64,000 bases of DNA from Kofleriaceae bacterium (GCA_965215005.1 CBDCCZ010000060.1:64001-128000); one strand, 5' to 3'. Counted from the first letter of the stretch, positions 52,563 to 63,870 are shown. A program made the numbers and translations. The notes: generated by a model from the sequence alone, not told the origin.

Positions 52563-53348
52563 TCAGCGCCCCGTGAATGCCGGGTCGCGCTTGTCGACGA
52601 AGGCGCGAATGCCTTCACGGGCGTCGCTCGAGGTGAAGAGTCCCTGCTGCAGCTCGCGCTCCAGGGCGAGCCCGGCGGCCATCGGTAGCTCACCGCCCGT
52701 CTGCACGGCGCGCTTGATGCCGCCAACTGCTTTGGCAGCTTTGTTAGGAGGACAGAAGCTGCGGGCGAGCTCGAGCACCTGCGACTCGAAGTCGCCGTCG
52801 GCGAAAATCTGGCTGAGGAGCCCCAGCGCGAGAGCCTGCTGGACGTCCAGGCGCTCGCCGCGAATCATGAGCTCCATCGCCTTGGCCTTGCCGAGCAAGC
52901 GAGTGAGGCGTTGGGTGCCGCCGGTCCCGGGAAGCACTCCAAGAGCGACCTCCGGCAAGCCGAGCTTGGCGCTACCGGCTTTGGCGACGCGCAGATCAGC
53001 GGCCATGGCGACTTCTAGGCCGCCGCCGACGCAGTGACCATTGATCGCCGCGATGACCAGCTTGGGAGTGTTTTCGAGGCGCAGAAGCGTCTCGTTGGCG
53101 TGAAGACAGAAGTAATACTTGAACTCGGGAGTTGCCGAATCGAGCATCGCGATGTCGGCGCCGGCGCAGAAGAACTTCTCGCCTGCACCGGTTAGCACCA
53201 ACACGTGCACGTCCGCATCCATGCGCGCGGCCAGGATTGCCTCGTCGAGCTCGCGGAACATCTCGTACGAGTAGGCGTTGGCGGGCGGGTTTGTAAGCTG
53301 CAAGACGGCGACGCCGCCCTCCACTCGATATTCAACTAGCTTTGCCAT
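52563..53348 (-). CDS. Enoyl-CoA hydratase/isomerase
   Basis: FCAGADI, GGGLE and [17 protein letters not shown] motifs. Confidence 0.92.
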   Translation of the reverse strand: MAKLVEYRVEGGVAVLQLTNPPANAYSYEMFRELDEAILAARMDADVHVLVLTGAGEKFFCAGADIAMLDSATPEFKYYFCLHANETLLRLENTPKLVIAAINGHCVGGGLEVAMAADLRVAKAGSAKLGLPEVALGVLPGTGGTQRLTRLLGKAKAMELMIRGERLDVQQALALGLLSQIFADGDFESQVLELARSFCPPNKAAKAVGGIKRAVQTGGELPMAAGLALERELQQGLFTSSDAREGIRAFVDKRDPAFTGR

Positions 53349-53391
53349 GCGGCGTTCTACCGCATTTGACGGCGCTAGCGGCAGCTGCGAG

Positions 53392-54243
53392 TCAATCCAT
53401 GAGATCGCCGTAGAGCTCGGGTCGGCGGTCGCGAAAAAAGCCGAAGCTGGCCCGCTCGCGGGCGATTTGCGCCAGGTCGAGCGTGGCTACGCACACGCCG
53501 TCGCTCTCGCGCTCGAGCTCGCAGAGCTTATCGCCGCGATTGTTGGCGACGAACGAGCAGCCATAGAACGTGGTGCCGTTCTCGACACCGGTTCGGTTGG
53601 CGGCGATGACTCCCACCATGTTGGCAACGGCGTGTCCAACCATCACTCGCTGCCACATGTCTTTGGTGTCGAGGTCTGGGGCGTGCGGCTCCGAACCGAT
53701 GGCGGTTGGATAGAGAAGTACATCGGCGCCGGCCAACGTCATGGCTCGCGCCGCTTCAGGAAACCATTGATCCCAGCAGATACCGACCCCAATGGTGCCA
53801 AAGCGCGTCTTCCACGCCTTGAAGCCGGTGTTGCCGGGGCGAAAGTAAAACTTCTCTTGATAGCCGGGGCCGTCGGGAATGTGCGCCTTGCGATACACGC
53901 CGAGAAGCGCGCCGCCGGCATCGACGATGGCGATGCTGTTGTAGTAGCTCGGCCCGGAACGCTCGAAGAACGACACCGGCAGGACCACATCGAGCTCTTC
54001 CGCCAATGCTCGAAAGTGCTCGATCGTGGGATGACCCGCGCAGGGATGAGCACGGTCGAAGTTGTGCTCTTCTTGCTGATGAGGAAAGTAGTGCCCTTCG
54101 AACAGCTCGGGCATGAGAATGAGCTTTGCACCGCGGCTGGCAGCCTGGCGCACGAGCTCCGTCATACGGGCGACGTTCTCGGCAACCGAGTCAGACAACG
54201 CCGCTTGTACGGCGGCGACAGTGAGAGAAGAGGGTGCGCTCAC
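53392..54243 (-). CDS. aguB: N-carbamoylputrescine amidase
   Basis: PELF, YRKAHIPDGPGYQEKFYF, ICWDQWFPE and PTAIG motifs; adjacent to aguA. Confidence 0.92.
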   Translation of the reverse strand: MSAPSSLTVAAVQAALSDSVAENVARMTELVRQAASRGAKLILMPELFEGHYFPHQQEEHNFDRAHPCAGHPTIEHFRALAEELDVVLPVSFFERSGPSYYNSIAIVDAGGALLGVYRKAHIPDGPGYQEKFYFRPGNTGFKAWKTRFGTIGVGICWDQWFPEAARAMTLAGADVLLYPTAIGSEPHAPDLDTKDMWQRVMVGHAVANMVGVIAANRTGVENGTTFYGCSFVANNRGDKLCELERESDGVCVATLDLAQIARERASFGFFRDRRPELYGDLMD

Positions 54244-55256
54244 GGCTGCTCCTGAGTGATGCAGTGAAAGGCTCCGCCACCAACGAGCACCGCCCGCGCG
54301 TCGAGCCCAACGGTGACCCGCGATGGAAAACAGGCGGCAATGCCCGCAACGGCCTCGTCGTCATAGCGCGAGCCATAGGTTGGCACCACCACCGCCGCAT
54401 TGCCGATATAAAAGTTGGCGTAGCTGGCGGGCATGACGCTGCCATCGCGGTCGAGTATGGGCCCCGGCGACGGTATGGTCACGATCTCGAAATGCGGCTC
54501 TAGAGCGGCGATAATGGCCCGCAGCGCGTGGGCATTGGGATCATCACCTTGCCGTGGCTCCATCGCCACGACTTGCCCCGGACCTACGAAACGTACCAGC
54601 GTGTCGATGTGGCCGTCGGTGTGATCGTTTTGAAGTCCTTCATCGACCCAAATGACCCGCTCCACTCCTAGCGCACTGCGAAGAATCGTCTCGATTTCTG
54701 GCTCCGTGAGGCCGGGATTGCGGTTGTCGTTGAGCAGACATTGGCGGGTGGTGAGACAGGCTCCAGCCCCATCGACCTCGAGCCCTCCACCTTCTGCGAT
54801 GAGCGCCGGGCGCTCGAGTAACGGCGTCGCAGTGGCGGCAGCGATGCGGCCCGCAACCTCCGCATCGTGCTCAAAGAGATATTTTCCGCCCCATCCATTG
54901 AACCCAAACGCCAACGCGGCGCGCTCGGCGCCCTGGGCGAGAAACAGCGGCCCGGTATCGCGCAGCCAAATGTCGCCGTACGGAATGCGATGAAAGCGCA
55001 CCGGAATCTCCAGCCGTTGTCGCGCGTCAGCCTCGCATGCGTCATCGAGCACCAGCACCTCGATGCTCTCACCTCGGACCACGCCAGTGAGCGGATCGGG
55101 GGCGGCGATGGCCCTACACAGCTCGGCGACATTGGCACGCACGGCATCGAGCTCGCCGCGCCACTCATCGGCGTGGGCCGGCCAGGCGAGCCAAACAGCG
55201 CGGTGGATATGCCATTCGGGCAAGCGGGCGAAGCCGCGCGGTCGAGGACTGGTCAC
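54240..55256 (-). CDS. aguA: Agmatine deiminase
   Basis: WLRDTGP, FNGWGGKY, DHTDGHID and GGGAFHCITQEQP motifs. Confidence 0.93.
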   Translation of the reverse strand: MTSPRPRGFARLPEWHIHRAVWLAWPAHADEWRGELDAVRANVAELCRAIAAPDPLTGVVRGESIEVLVLDDACEADARQRLEIPVRFHRIPYGDIWLRDTGPLFLAQGAERAALAFGFNGWGGKYLFEHDAEVAGRIAAATATPLLERPALIAEGGGLEVDGAGACLTTRQCLLNDNRNPGLTEPEIETILRSALGVERVIWVDEGLQNDHTDGHIDTLVRFVGPGQVVAMEPRQGDDPNAHALRAIIAALEPHFEIVTIPSPGPILDRDGSVMPASYANFYIGNAAVVVPTYGSRYDDEAVAGIAACFPSRVTVGLDARAVLVGGGAFHCITQEQP

Positions 55257-55375
55257 CGCCGGCTTCTACCAGAGCAAAGGCGCTGGCGGAAGCAGAGGTG
55301 AGTCGCTCGGCGACTTTTTTGCCCCCGAGAATTCCCCTCGCGAGCTGGCGGGGGCTACGTTGATGAGGCTGCGCC

Positions 55376-56815
55376 ATGTGGGAGTCCCTCATCGCCATCA
55401 TCATCGGCAGCTTCGGCATCGGCTCGGCACTGCACGCGCTGCTGCACAAGCGCGACCCGCGCTCGACGCTGGGGTGGACGGTGGTCTGCGTCATGCTGCC
55501 GTTCGTGGGGGCGGCCGCGTACTGGGTGCTAGGCGTCAATCGCATCAAGACCCGTGCACGAGCCTGGCAGGAGGGCGGGCGCTTTAAGCCGGGCACCGAG
55601 CGGACCTACGCGCCAGTGGAGACCAATCTGGCGGCCGAGCACCCGCAGATGGCGCGCACCATGAGCTCGCTGGTGCTGATTTCGGAGCGCGTGACCAAGA
55701 AGCCGCTGATCGGCGGCAATCACGTCGAGCCGCTGTTCAACGGAGAAATCGCCTATCCAAAGATGCTCGAAGCGATCGAGCAAGCCCAGCGATCGGTGTA
55801 TCTCTGCACCTACCTCTTCGACACCGACGAAGCCGGGCGGCGGTTCATCGATAAGCTCGCGACCGCGGCGTCGCGTGGGGTCGATGTGCGGGTGCTCGTC
55901 GATGCGATCGGCGAGCGCTACTCACGGCCGCGGGCGTCCAAATTGCTGCGCAAGCGCAGCGGTGTGAAGGTTGCGACGTTCTTGCCGATCACGCCGACAC
56001 TGAAGGGGTTGCGCATCAACCTGCGCAACCACCGCAAGCTGCTCATCACCGATGGTCATGTCGGCTTTACCGGCGGCATGAACATCGGCCAGCGGCACAT
56101 GGTCGAGGACGCTAACAACCGGCACAAAACCCAGGACGTGCATTTCCGCGTCACCGGCCCGGCAGTCTACGCGCTCGAGGACATGTTTTTTGAGGACTGG
56201 TACTTCACCACGGGGCAGCATCCTCCGAGCTCGCGCCAGGAGGTGCCCGAGGTGGAGCCAACCGGAACGGCGCTGTGCCGCCCGATTCCCGATGGTCCTA
56301 ATGAAGACTTCGAGGCGCTACAATGGATTCTCGTTGGGGCGTTGAGCTGCGCGCAGAAGCGCGTGCAGATCATGACGCCATACTTCATCCCCAGCCGTGA
56401 GTTACTTGCAGCTCTCAACGCGGCGTCGCTGCGCGGCGTGCGGGTCGATGTCATCCTCCCGCGCGACAACAACCTGCCGTTCGTGGCTTGGGCAGCACAG
56501 GCCATGCTCGCCGAGGTGCTGCAGTACGGTACCCGCGTTTATTATCAGCCGCCGCCGTTCAACCACTCCAAGCTGCTCATCGTCGATGAGTTTTACGTCG
56601 TGCTCGGCTCCGCCAACCTCGACCCGCGTAGCTTGCGGCTCAACTTCGAGTTCAATCTCGAGGTCTATGATCCTGCGCTAGCCGCTGAGCTCTCGGCGCA
56701 CTTCGAGCGCGTGCGCCGGCATTCCCAGCCCATCACCATGGAAGAGCTCGAGGCGCGGTCGCTGCTGATCAAGTTTCGCGACGCGGTGACGAAGCTGGCG
56801 GCGCCGTATCTGTAG
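55376..56815 (+). CDS. cls: Cardiolipin synthase
   Basis: Two N-terminal TM helices; HRKLLITD and HSKLLIVD HKD motifs. Confidence 0.9.
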   Translation: MWESLIAIIIGSFGIGSALHALLHKRDPRSTLGWTVVCVMLPFVGAAAYWVLGVNRIKTRARAWQEGGRFKPGTERTYAPVETNLAAEHPQMARTMSSLVLISERVTKKPLIGGNHVEPLFNGEIAYPKMLEAIEQAQRSVYLCTYLFDTDEAGRRFIDKLATAASRGVDVRVLVDAIGERYSRPRASKLLRKRSGVKVATFLPITPTLKGLRINLRNHRKLLITDGHVGFTGGMNIGQRHMVEDANNRHKTQDVHFRVTGPAVYALEDMFFEDWYFTTGQHPPSSRQEVPEVEPTGTALCRPIPDGPNEDFEALQWILVGALSCAQKRVQIMTPYFIPSRELLAALNAASLRGVRVDVILPRDNNLPFVAWAAQAMLAEVLQYGTRVYYQPPPFNHSKLLIVDEFYVVLGSANLDPRSLRLNFEFNLEVYDPALAAELSAHFERVRRHSQPITMEELEARSLLIKFRDAVTKLAAPYL

Positions 56816-57998
56816 CGCTGGTAACCGCTTCCGCGGCCGGCGCGAACGCGGGATCTGCGATACGTGCTCGCTCCGCAGCCACTTGTGCGATGCGTGCGAT
56901 GGCGCCGTGCCAGCCGCGCTCGGTTGCTGCGGCGGCGATGGCGAACGGGCTGCCAATCCCGAGCTCGAGCTGCGGGCGTACGTCGATGACCCAAACGCCG
57001 CCGGCGGAATCGAGGTGAAGATCGACTTGCGCGACATCGCGGCACCCCATCGCCCGGAACGCGCGCTGCGCGAGCTGCCGGAGACGTCCGGCCATGCCGG
57101 GCTCGAGCTGCGCCAGCGCCAGGCCTTCTGGCCGCGGCTCGGCCGTGGCGTAGGCGTCTTCTTCGTCGAGATAATCGCCGATCGCCTCATAAGATGCGTC
57201 GGCTTCGGACGGCTGCGCATCGAAGGCCTCTTCGGCGGCCGCCGCGGGCTCTAATTCGGTCACCGACTCGTCATTGTCATCGTTATGGCCGGCATCGTCC
57301 TCGTCGCTGCCGGCGTGCTCTTCATCGCCATAATGCAGCTCGACCAGCGGTAGAACCTCGAGCATGCGGTTGCCCATCACGATGGCATGCACCCGTCGTT
57401 CGCCGAGATACTCCTCGACGAGGTAGGGCATCTCGTATTCTTTCGCGAGCTCGGCGACCCGGTCTTCGAGATCGATGCGGCTGTAGATGGGGCGCTCGAT
57501 TCCTTCATCTTCGTAGATATCATCGAGTGCCTGCGTGACGATGAGCGGGTAGCACAGCTCAGACGTGTCGGGGATGGCGTTGACGTCGCGTATCACGGCG
57601 AACCCGGGCACGGGGACGCTTGCGTCGCGCAGCATCAGGTGGACACGCGAGCGGTCCTGCGCGGTAAAGAGGCACAGCGGATCGCCGCCTGCGTAGGGCA
57701 CTCCCAGCAGCCACAGGTAGCTGAGCACGTGGGGATGAGCGATGTCGTCGCCATAGAACTGATCGATGAGGTGAAAGACCAGATCGGGTTGCTCGACGAC
57801 GACGGCATCGGTGATGCGATCGACGTCGTCCTCGAGATTATGGAGAGCGACGCGATAATCAGCCAAGCGCAGTGCCGCGGTGACCTGTTGCGCGAGCGCC
57901 TGGCGCGGGGACGGCGTGATGGCGCCGGCCTCTTCGCCGCGATTCCAGAGCACGAGAATCTTCGGACGCGGCTTCTTGATGTGCGTGGCTGTAGTCAT
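56769..57998 (-). CDS. D-Ala-D-Ala ligase-like ATP-grasp protein with degenerate motifs and an acidic insertion
   Basis: PDLVFHL, LLGVPYAGGD, YPLIV, LVEEYL and AFRAMGCRDVAQVD segments. Confidence 0.78.
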   Translation of the reverse strand: MTTATHIKKPRPKILVLWNRGEEAGAITPSPRQALAQQVTAALRLADYRVALHNLEDDVDRITDAVVVEQPDLVFHLIDQFYGDDIAHPHVLSYLWLLGVPYAGGDPLCLFTAQDRSRVHLMLRDASVPVPGFAVIRDVNAIPDTSELCYPLIVTQALDDIYEDEGIERPIYSRIDLEDRVAELAKEYEMPYLVEEYLGERRVHAIVMGNRMLEVLPLVELHYGDEEHAGSDEDDAGHNDDNDESVTELEPAAAAEEAFDAQPSEADASYEAIGDYLDEEDAYATAEPRPEGLALAQLEPGMAGRLRQLAQRAFRAMGCRDVAQVDLHLDSAGGVWVIDVRPQLELGIGSPFAIAAAATERGWHGAIARIAQVAAERARIADPAFAPAAEAVTSATDTAPPASSPRRET

Positions 57999-58288
57999 CG
58001 CGTTGGACGCGTCGTTGGCTGATAGTGGTTCTATCTCGCTGGCGCTCGAAGCGCAAACCGGCGGCACTGCTGGCAATTACGAGCTCGGCGTGACGGCGCG
58101 GGAATCTTCCCGTGGGGCACGCCGAGTCTACCGTCACGGCTGCTGCGGCGCGGGTTTCGAGAGTCGCCGTAGCCGAACTTCTCGGTGACGGCTCTTGTAA
58201 CGACGACAAGATGGTCGACGTAGTGCTCGAAGTTCGATGCAGCAGCGCTTCTAGCGTTGACTGCTATGCTCTTGGCTGCGGAGGTACC

Positions 58289-59008
58289 TTGAAAGCAATC
58301 GATGAAGATGTCGTCCTTCGCCCGCGCATGGCGCGGCGCGATTTTCTTCGCAACGCGGCTGCCGGCACGTTGGTGGTCGCGCTCGGCGGTGGCCTGTATC
58401 GCCTTGCTGTCGATGATCTGACGCGGTCGGCGCGCGCCGAGACGCGCCCCGATGGTCGACCCCGGTTGCCTCCCGGCCAGCGCGTGTTGGAAAAGCTCAA
58501 ACCGATGGGGGGCCGGCCCGGCAACCCCCGAGCGGCGGAATTCAGCCTCAAGGTGCATGGTGAGGTCGAGGCGCCGTTTTCGCTCGACTACGCCGCCTTA
58601 TTGGGCACGCCGGCGGTCGAGCGTATCGCCGATGTACATTGCGTGACCGGTTGGTCGGTGCTCGGTGCCCGTTTCAAGGGCGTCACGGTGGCTGCGCTTG
58701 CCGCGCGAGCCAAGCCTAAGAAGAGCGCGCGCTTCGTGATCTTCGAAGCAGCACACGGCTACACCGCCAATGTTCCTCTCGCCGAGGCGCTGCAGCCAAA
58801 CGTGCTGGTGTCGTATCGGATCGATGGCAGGCCGTACGCGCTTCCTCACGGTGCACCGGTGCGCGCGATCGTGCCGGATCTCTACTTCTGGAAGAGCGCC
58901 AAGTGGCTCACGGGGATTCGCTTCGTGAGTCGCGACGATCCTGGGTATTGGGAAGTTCGCGGCTATCACAACCACGGCAATCCCTGGCGCGAAGAGCGCT
59001 ACTCCTAG
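58289..59008 (+). CDS. Tat-exported sulfite-oxidase-family molybdopterin oxidoreductase (YuiH-like)
   Basis: RBS GGAGG with TTG start; ARRDFLR Tat motif; RLPPGQ, DVHCVTGW, HGAPVR, WKSAKWL and GYWEVRGYH motifs. Confidence 0.88.
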   Translation: MKAIDEDVVLRPRMARRDFLRNAAAGTLVVALGGGLYRLAVDDLTRSARAETRPDGRPRLPPGQRVLEKLKPMGGRPGNPRAAEFSLKVHGEVEAPFSLDYAALLGTPAVERIADVHCVTGWSVLGARFKGVTVAALAARAKPKKSARFVIFEAAHGYTANVPLAEALQPNVLVSYRIDGRPYALPHGAPVRAIVPDLYFWKSAKWLTGIRFVSRDDPGYWEVRGYHNHGNPWREERYS

Positions 59009-59046
59009 CCGTGGTGAAAACCAGTGAATCACCGCGTCGCGGTGTC

Positions 59047-59676
59047 ATGCGCGTGGTGCAAAAGCGCTGGCGAGCGTGGCTTCGCGCTGTGCACCGCGAC
59101 TTTGGCTACTTGGCGATCGGCCTCACGCTGATCTACGCCATCTCAGGATTGGCGCTCAATCATATTGGCCAGTGGGATCCCAACTTTCAGTCGGGACAAG
59201 CAACGCATCAGCTCGAGCCGCTCCCCGCAAGCGAAGCCGAGGCCACCAAACGGGTGCTCGAGGCCCTAGACATCGACGAAACGCCGCGCCGAGTCGACAT
59301 GATTGCGGGCGTCGAGATGCAAATCTTCTTCGAGCACCGGACGCTGAACGTCGATTTGGCTTCTGGAACGGTTTATGACGAGTGGAGCGAGCCGCGATTC
59401 TTTTTGCGAGTTGCCAACTGGCTGCACGCGAATCGCGGCAAGGCTGCCTGGACCTACGTGGCCGATGCCTACGCCGTGCTCCTGCTCTATCTGGCGATCT
59501 CGGGAATGTTCATGCTCAAAGGACGGCTGGGATTGCGCGGGCGCGGCGGCGTGTTGATAGCGGCGGGAATCTTGGTTCCTATCGTTTATCTGCAGCTCGC
59601 CGGCGGTCCTTCGGATGGCGAGGTTACCGCCGAAGCACCGGCCGCGGCCGCCCCGGCGACGGGGGCGGCCGACTAA
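59047..59676 (+). CDS. PepSY-associated TM helix protein
   Basis: HRDFGYL..YAISGLALNH and NWLH..WTYVAD..LAISG segments. Confidence 0.82.
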   Translation: MRVVQKRWRAWLRAVHRDFGYLAIGLTLIYAISGLALNHIGQWDPNFQSGQATHQLEPLPASEAEATKRVLEALDIDETPRRVDMIAGVEMQIFFEHRTLNVDLASGTVYDEWSEPRFFLRVANWLHANRGKAAWTYVADAYAVLLLYLAISGMFMLKGRLGLRGRGGVLIAAGILVPIVYLQLAGGPSDGEVTAEAPAAAAPATGAAD

Positions 59677-59724
59677 CGCCGGAGAACGAGCTTGCCTCGT
59701 GCGTTGCTGCACGCAGGGCACAGG

Positions 59725-60198
59725 CTACTTCTTGAGAGAGATCTTCTTGGGCTTGCTCTCGGCCTTCTTGCCGATGCTCACGTTCAGTACGCCGTCTTTG
59801 AGGTTGGCTTCGATCCGTTCGCCATCGGCGGCTTCTGGAAGCGAGAACGAGCGCGTGAAGTTACCGTAGCTGCGCTCGTAGAGATAATAGGTTTCACCCT
59901 CTTTGCGTTCTTCCGACTGCCGCATGCCACTGATCGTGAGGACGTTCTTGTGTAGCGAGACGTCGAGGTCTTCTTCTTTGACCCCCGGTAGATCCGCGCG
60001 CAGTAGGTAGGAATCGTCGCGTTCGAGGACCTCGAAAGAAGGCGTGAACGCGCTGGCGTTGCGGCCGCCGCGATGATCGCTAAAGGGATCGAAGCCGAAG
60101 AACTCGCGAGCGAATGAAGTGAGCGGGTCCCGGTAGCGAACCGTCTCGTTGCCGTTGCCGTTGCCGTTGCCGTTACGTTTCTGCATTGCCTGGTTCAT
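59725..60198 (-). CDS. Hsp20 small heat-shock protein
   Basis: [20 protein letters not shown] and DGVL motifs; RBS GAGGAG. Confidence 0.94.
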   Translation of the reverse strand: MNQAMQKRNGNGNGNGNETVRYRDPLTSFAREFFGFDPFSDHRGGRNASAFTPSFEVLERDDSYLLRADLPGVKEEDLDVSLHKNVLTISGMRQSEERKEGETYYLYERSYGNFTRSFSLPEAADGERIEANLKDGVLNVSIGKKAESKPKKISLKK

Positions 60199-60317
60199 GG
60201 CTGACTCCTCAGGGTTATTGCTCGTGATTTCCTTTGTTTTCGCGCCATGCCGGCGCTCGGATATCGGTAAGCATCACCGCGTGGGACGCCAAGGTCTTGA
60301 CTGCAAAAATTGTCTGG

Positions 60318-63300
60318 TTAAGGGCCCGTTCCCCAACCACCACCGCCGGGCGTCTCGAGGCGCACGCGGTCACCGGCGACGCCCTCCAGCGTCACCTTGC
60401 CCGCAAGCTCCTGACCATTGCGGAGGTTCCTGCCAACTGCGCCGGGGCCACCCCCGGCGAGCCCAAACGGCGCGCGACTGCGCCGCTCGCTGAGAATGGA
60501 GATGCGCATCGGCTCGAGGAGCTCAAGCTCGCGGACCACGCCGTCGCCACCCTTGTGCGCGCCAGCGCCGCCCGAGCCGGGGCGCAGCGAAAACTCGAGC
60601 AGCCGTACCGGAAATCGCGCTTCGAGAACCTCGGGGTCGGTGATGCGCGTGTTGGTCATGTGCGTGTGCACCGCCGAGGCGCCCGGCGCATTCGCCGTGG
60701 CGCCCGCGCCGCCGGCAATGGTTTCGTAATAGCCAAACTTCTCAGTTCCAAAGGTGAGATTGTTCATCGTGCCTTGGCTGGCGGCCGCTTTGCCGAGGGC
60801 GCCGAGCAGAACATCGACCACGCGCTGCGAAGTTTCGACGTTGCCGCCGACGACGGCGCTGCCAGCTGGTGGCGAGAGAATGGTGTTGTCTGGAATGTAG
60901 ATGTCGACTGGCTGCAGGCAACCACTGTTGAGTGGAATCGGCGCACCGACTAGCGTGCGCAGCACGTAGATGACTGCGGCGATGGTCACCGCCCGCGGCG
61001 CATTGAGATTGCCGCTCGAGGCGCCGCCGGTACCGGTGAAGTCAAAGCTCATGCGCTCGCCTCGCACGATGATGGTCACCGCGATGACGGTGCCGTCGTC
61101 CAGGGCATCGGTGAAGCGATAGCGGCCATCTCTCACGGCGGCTATTTCCGCCGCAACCTGCGCCGCTGCGTTGGCTCGGACGTGGCCCATGTACGCAGCG
61201 ACGGTGGCGCGCCCGTAGCGCTCGACCAGTCGTTTCAAGAGTCGCGCACCGGTGGTGCAGGCGGCGACTTGGGCCTGCAGATCGAGGATATTGCTGCGCG
61301 GGTCCCGCGCCGGATGCACGGCGCCGGAGAGCGCCGCCATCACCGCGCTCTCATCGAAGCGATGATCACAAACGATCGGCAAGCCGCGAAAGACGACGCC
61401 TTCATCGGCGAGGCATCGCGAGAACGGCGGCATCGATCCCGGCGTGATGCCGCCAATGTCGGCGTGATGGCCGCGGCTGGCGGTGAAGAACGCCAGCGTC
61501 CCATCGTCTTGATGAACCGGTGCGATGACGGTGACGTCGGGCAGATGCGAGCCGCCCATCGCGGGGTCGTTCACTGCGTACACAGCGCCGCGCTCGGGCT
61601 CGGGATAACGCGCGAGGACCCCTTTGATCGATTCGCCCATTGCGCCCAAATGCACCGGAATGTGGGGGGCGTTGGCGACGAGGTTGCCCTTGGCGTCGAA
61701 GAGCGCACACGAGAAATCGAGGCGCTCGCGGATGTTGGTCGACACGGCAGTACGCTGCAGTGCATTGCCCATCTGCGCAGCGATGGACATGAACACGTTG
61801 TTGAAGATCTCGAGACGAACCGGGTCGACGATGGTTTCGTCATTTGGAGGATCGGCGACGCTCGGCTGCGTATCGCGCATGATCAGCCGGCCGGCATCAT
61901 CGACCTGCAGCTGCCAGCCCTGATCGATCGCGATCGTGCCTGTGTCATCGAGAATCAACGCCGGACCTTCTAGCGTTGCGTGGGCGGGCAGCACCTCGCG
62001 CGGATACACCGCCACGTCGCGAAAGCCGCCGTCGGTCCACATCCGCGCGGTGCGGCTCGGCTGCGCATCGTCACCGCTTGGCCACGGCGAGCTCGGCGGC
62101 GTCTGCAGGTGAGCCCGGGCTTCGATTCGAAGTGTAGTGACCTCGACGAGCTCTTGACGACGCACGTACCCGTAGAGCGTGCGGTGCTCGGCTTCGAACG
62201 CCTCTCGTAGCCCCGCCGCCCCCGTCTCCGGCAGCTCGATGGCGAGCGGCGTATCGGTACCTCGGTAGCGCACGTCGGCGCGGCGTATCAGGCGCGTTGA
62301 ACCTGGGTCGAAGCCTTCGTCGGCCATTGCCCGCGTAGCGCGCGCTTCGAGCGCAGAGAAATCCAGCTCGAGCCCCGCCTCGAGCGGCGCCTGCCCAGCA
62401 TCCGCCTCACCGTCCCAGCTCACATCGGCAAGCCCCATCCCATAGGCCGACAACACACCGGCGAAGCGGTCTACGATCAGAGTGCGGATGCCCAGTTGAC
62501 GCGCGATGGGACAAGCGTGCTGGCCACCGGCGCCGCCAAACACTACCAGCGCGTATTCGCGGACGTCACGACCACGCGCGATCGACACTTGTCGAATGGC
62601 CTCCGCCATGTTCGCGTTCGCAACTTCGAAGAAGCCGGCAGCGACGCGAAACCGATCATCGTAGTGACCATGCGATGAATCTGCTCCAATCCGCGCTGTA
62701 ATCGCTTCGAGCGCACGCTCGGCAGCAGTGGCATCGAGAGGCAGCGGAAAGCGGTCGCCGACGAGCCGGCCAAGGATCAGGTTCACGTCGGTGATGGTGA
62801 GCTCGTGAGCATCTTCGCGACCGTAGCAAAGCGGCCCTGGAACGGCGCCGGCGCTGTCGGGGCCGACGATGAACCGACCGCCGTGGTAGCGACAGATCGA
62901 GCCGCCGCCGGCAGCCACGGTGTGGATCGCCATCATCGGCGCTCGCAGGCGCACCCCCGCGATCTCGGTCTCGTACTCGCGCTCGAACTCACCGTCGAAG
63001 GCGGAGACGTCGGTGGAGGTGCCGCCCATATCGAAGCCGATGGCGCGCGCATGGCCGGCTGCACGCGCGACATGGGCGAACGCGACCACGCCACCGGCCG
63101 GGCCCGAAAGCACCGCGTTCTTGCCGCGAAATCGGCTGGCATCGGTGAGCCCCCCAGAGGACTGCATGATGCGCAGGCTCGAGCCCGGAAGCTCGGCGAG
63201 CAGCGCGGCAACGTAGTCGCGAATCAGCGGCGTGAGATACGCATCCACCACAGTGGTGTCGCCGCGACCCACCATACCCATCTCTGCGGTGACTTGGTGA

Positions 63301-63870
63301 GAGAGCGCGAGCTGCGAGAAGCCAACCTCGGCTGCGAGCGCGCCAATTTCGCGCTCGAGCTCGCCGTTGGCGTACGCGTGCAGAACGACGACGGCGAGGC
63401 TGCGAATGCCGCTGCGGTGCGCGTCCTCTAACGACTGGCGCAGGCGCTCACGATCGAGGCTCGTGCGGCAGGTTCCGTTGGCATCGCCCCGCGCCTCGGT
63501 CTCGATGACACGTTCATACAGGTGCTCGGGGCGCTTGATATCGAGCGCGAAGATGTCGGGTCGCGTTTGATTGCCGATGGCGAGCAAATCGCGGAAGCCG
63601 CGGGTGATTACCAGTGCGGTGCGCGCGCCGCGGCGTTCGAGGAGCGCGTTGGTGGCGATGGTCGTGCCCATGCGAACGTCGCACGGCGGAATGGGCTCGT
63701 CGCGCTCGAGGCCAAGAAGCTGACGCATGCCAAGGATCGGTGCGCGGTCACTGCTGAGAACTTTCGCGGTGCGAATCAGCCGCTCTTCGGGTCGCAACGA
63801 GAGATCGACCCCGAGACAGTCGGTGAAGGTGCCCTCCGCGATCGATCCAGAACTGCCAGCGCGCTTGCAT
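60318..63870 (-). pseudogene. ATP-dependent 5-oxoprolinase (fused hydantoinase A/B) with a +1 frameshift near the 5' end; real lesion or sequencing error
   Basis: The expected N-terminus [13 protein letters not shown] (ATG at 63870) is out of frame with [33 protein letters not shown] and SQGTMNN lie downstream. Confidence 0.85.

Noticed and set aside
58112..58288. Cys-rich N-terminal extension of the Mo enzyme
   Set aside because: The GGAGG RBS and TTG at 58289 place the Tat signal near the N-terminus, so the upstream part is probably the divergent promoter region.
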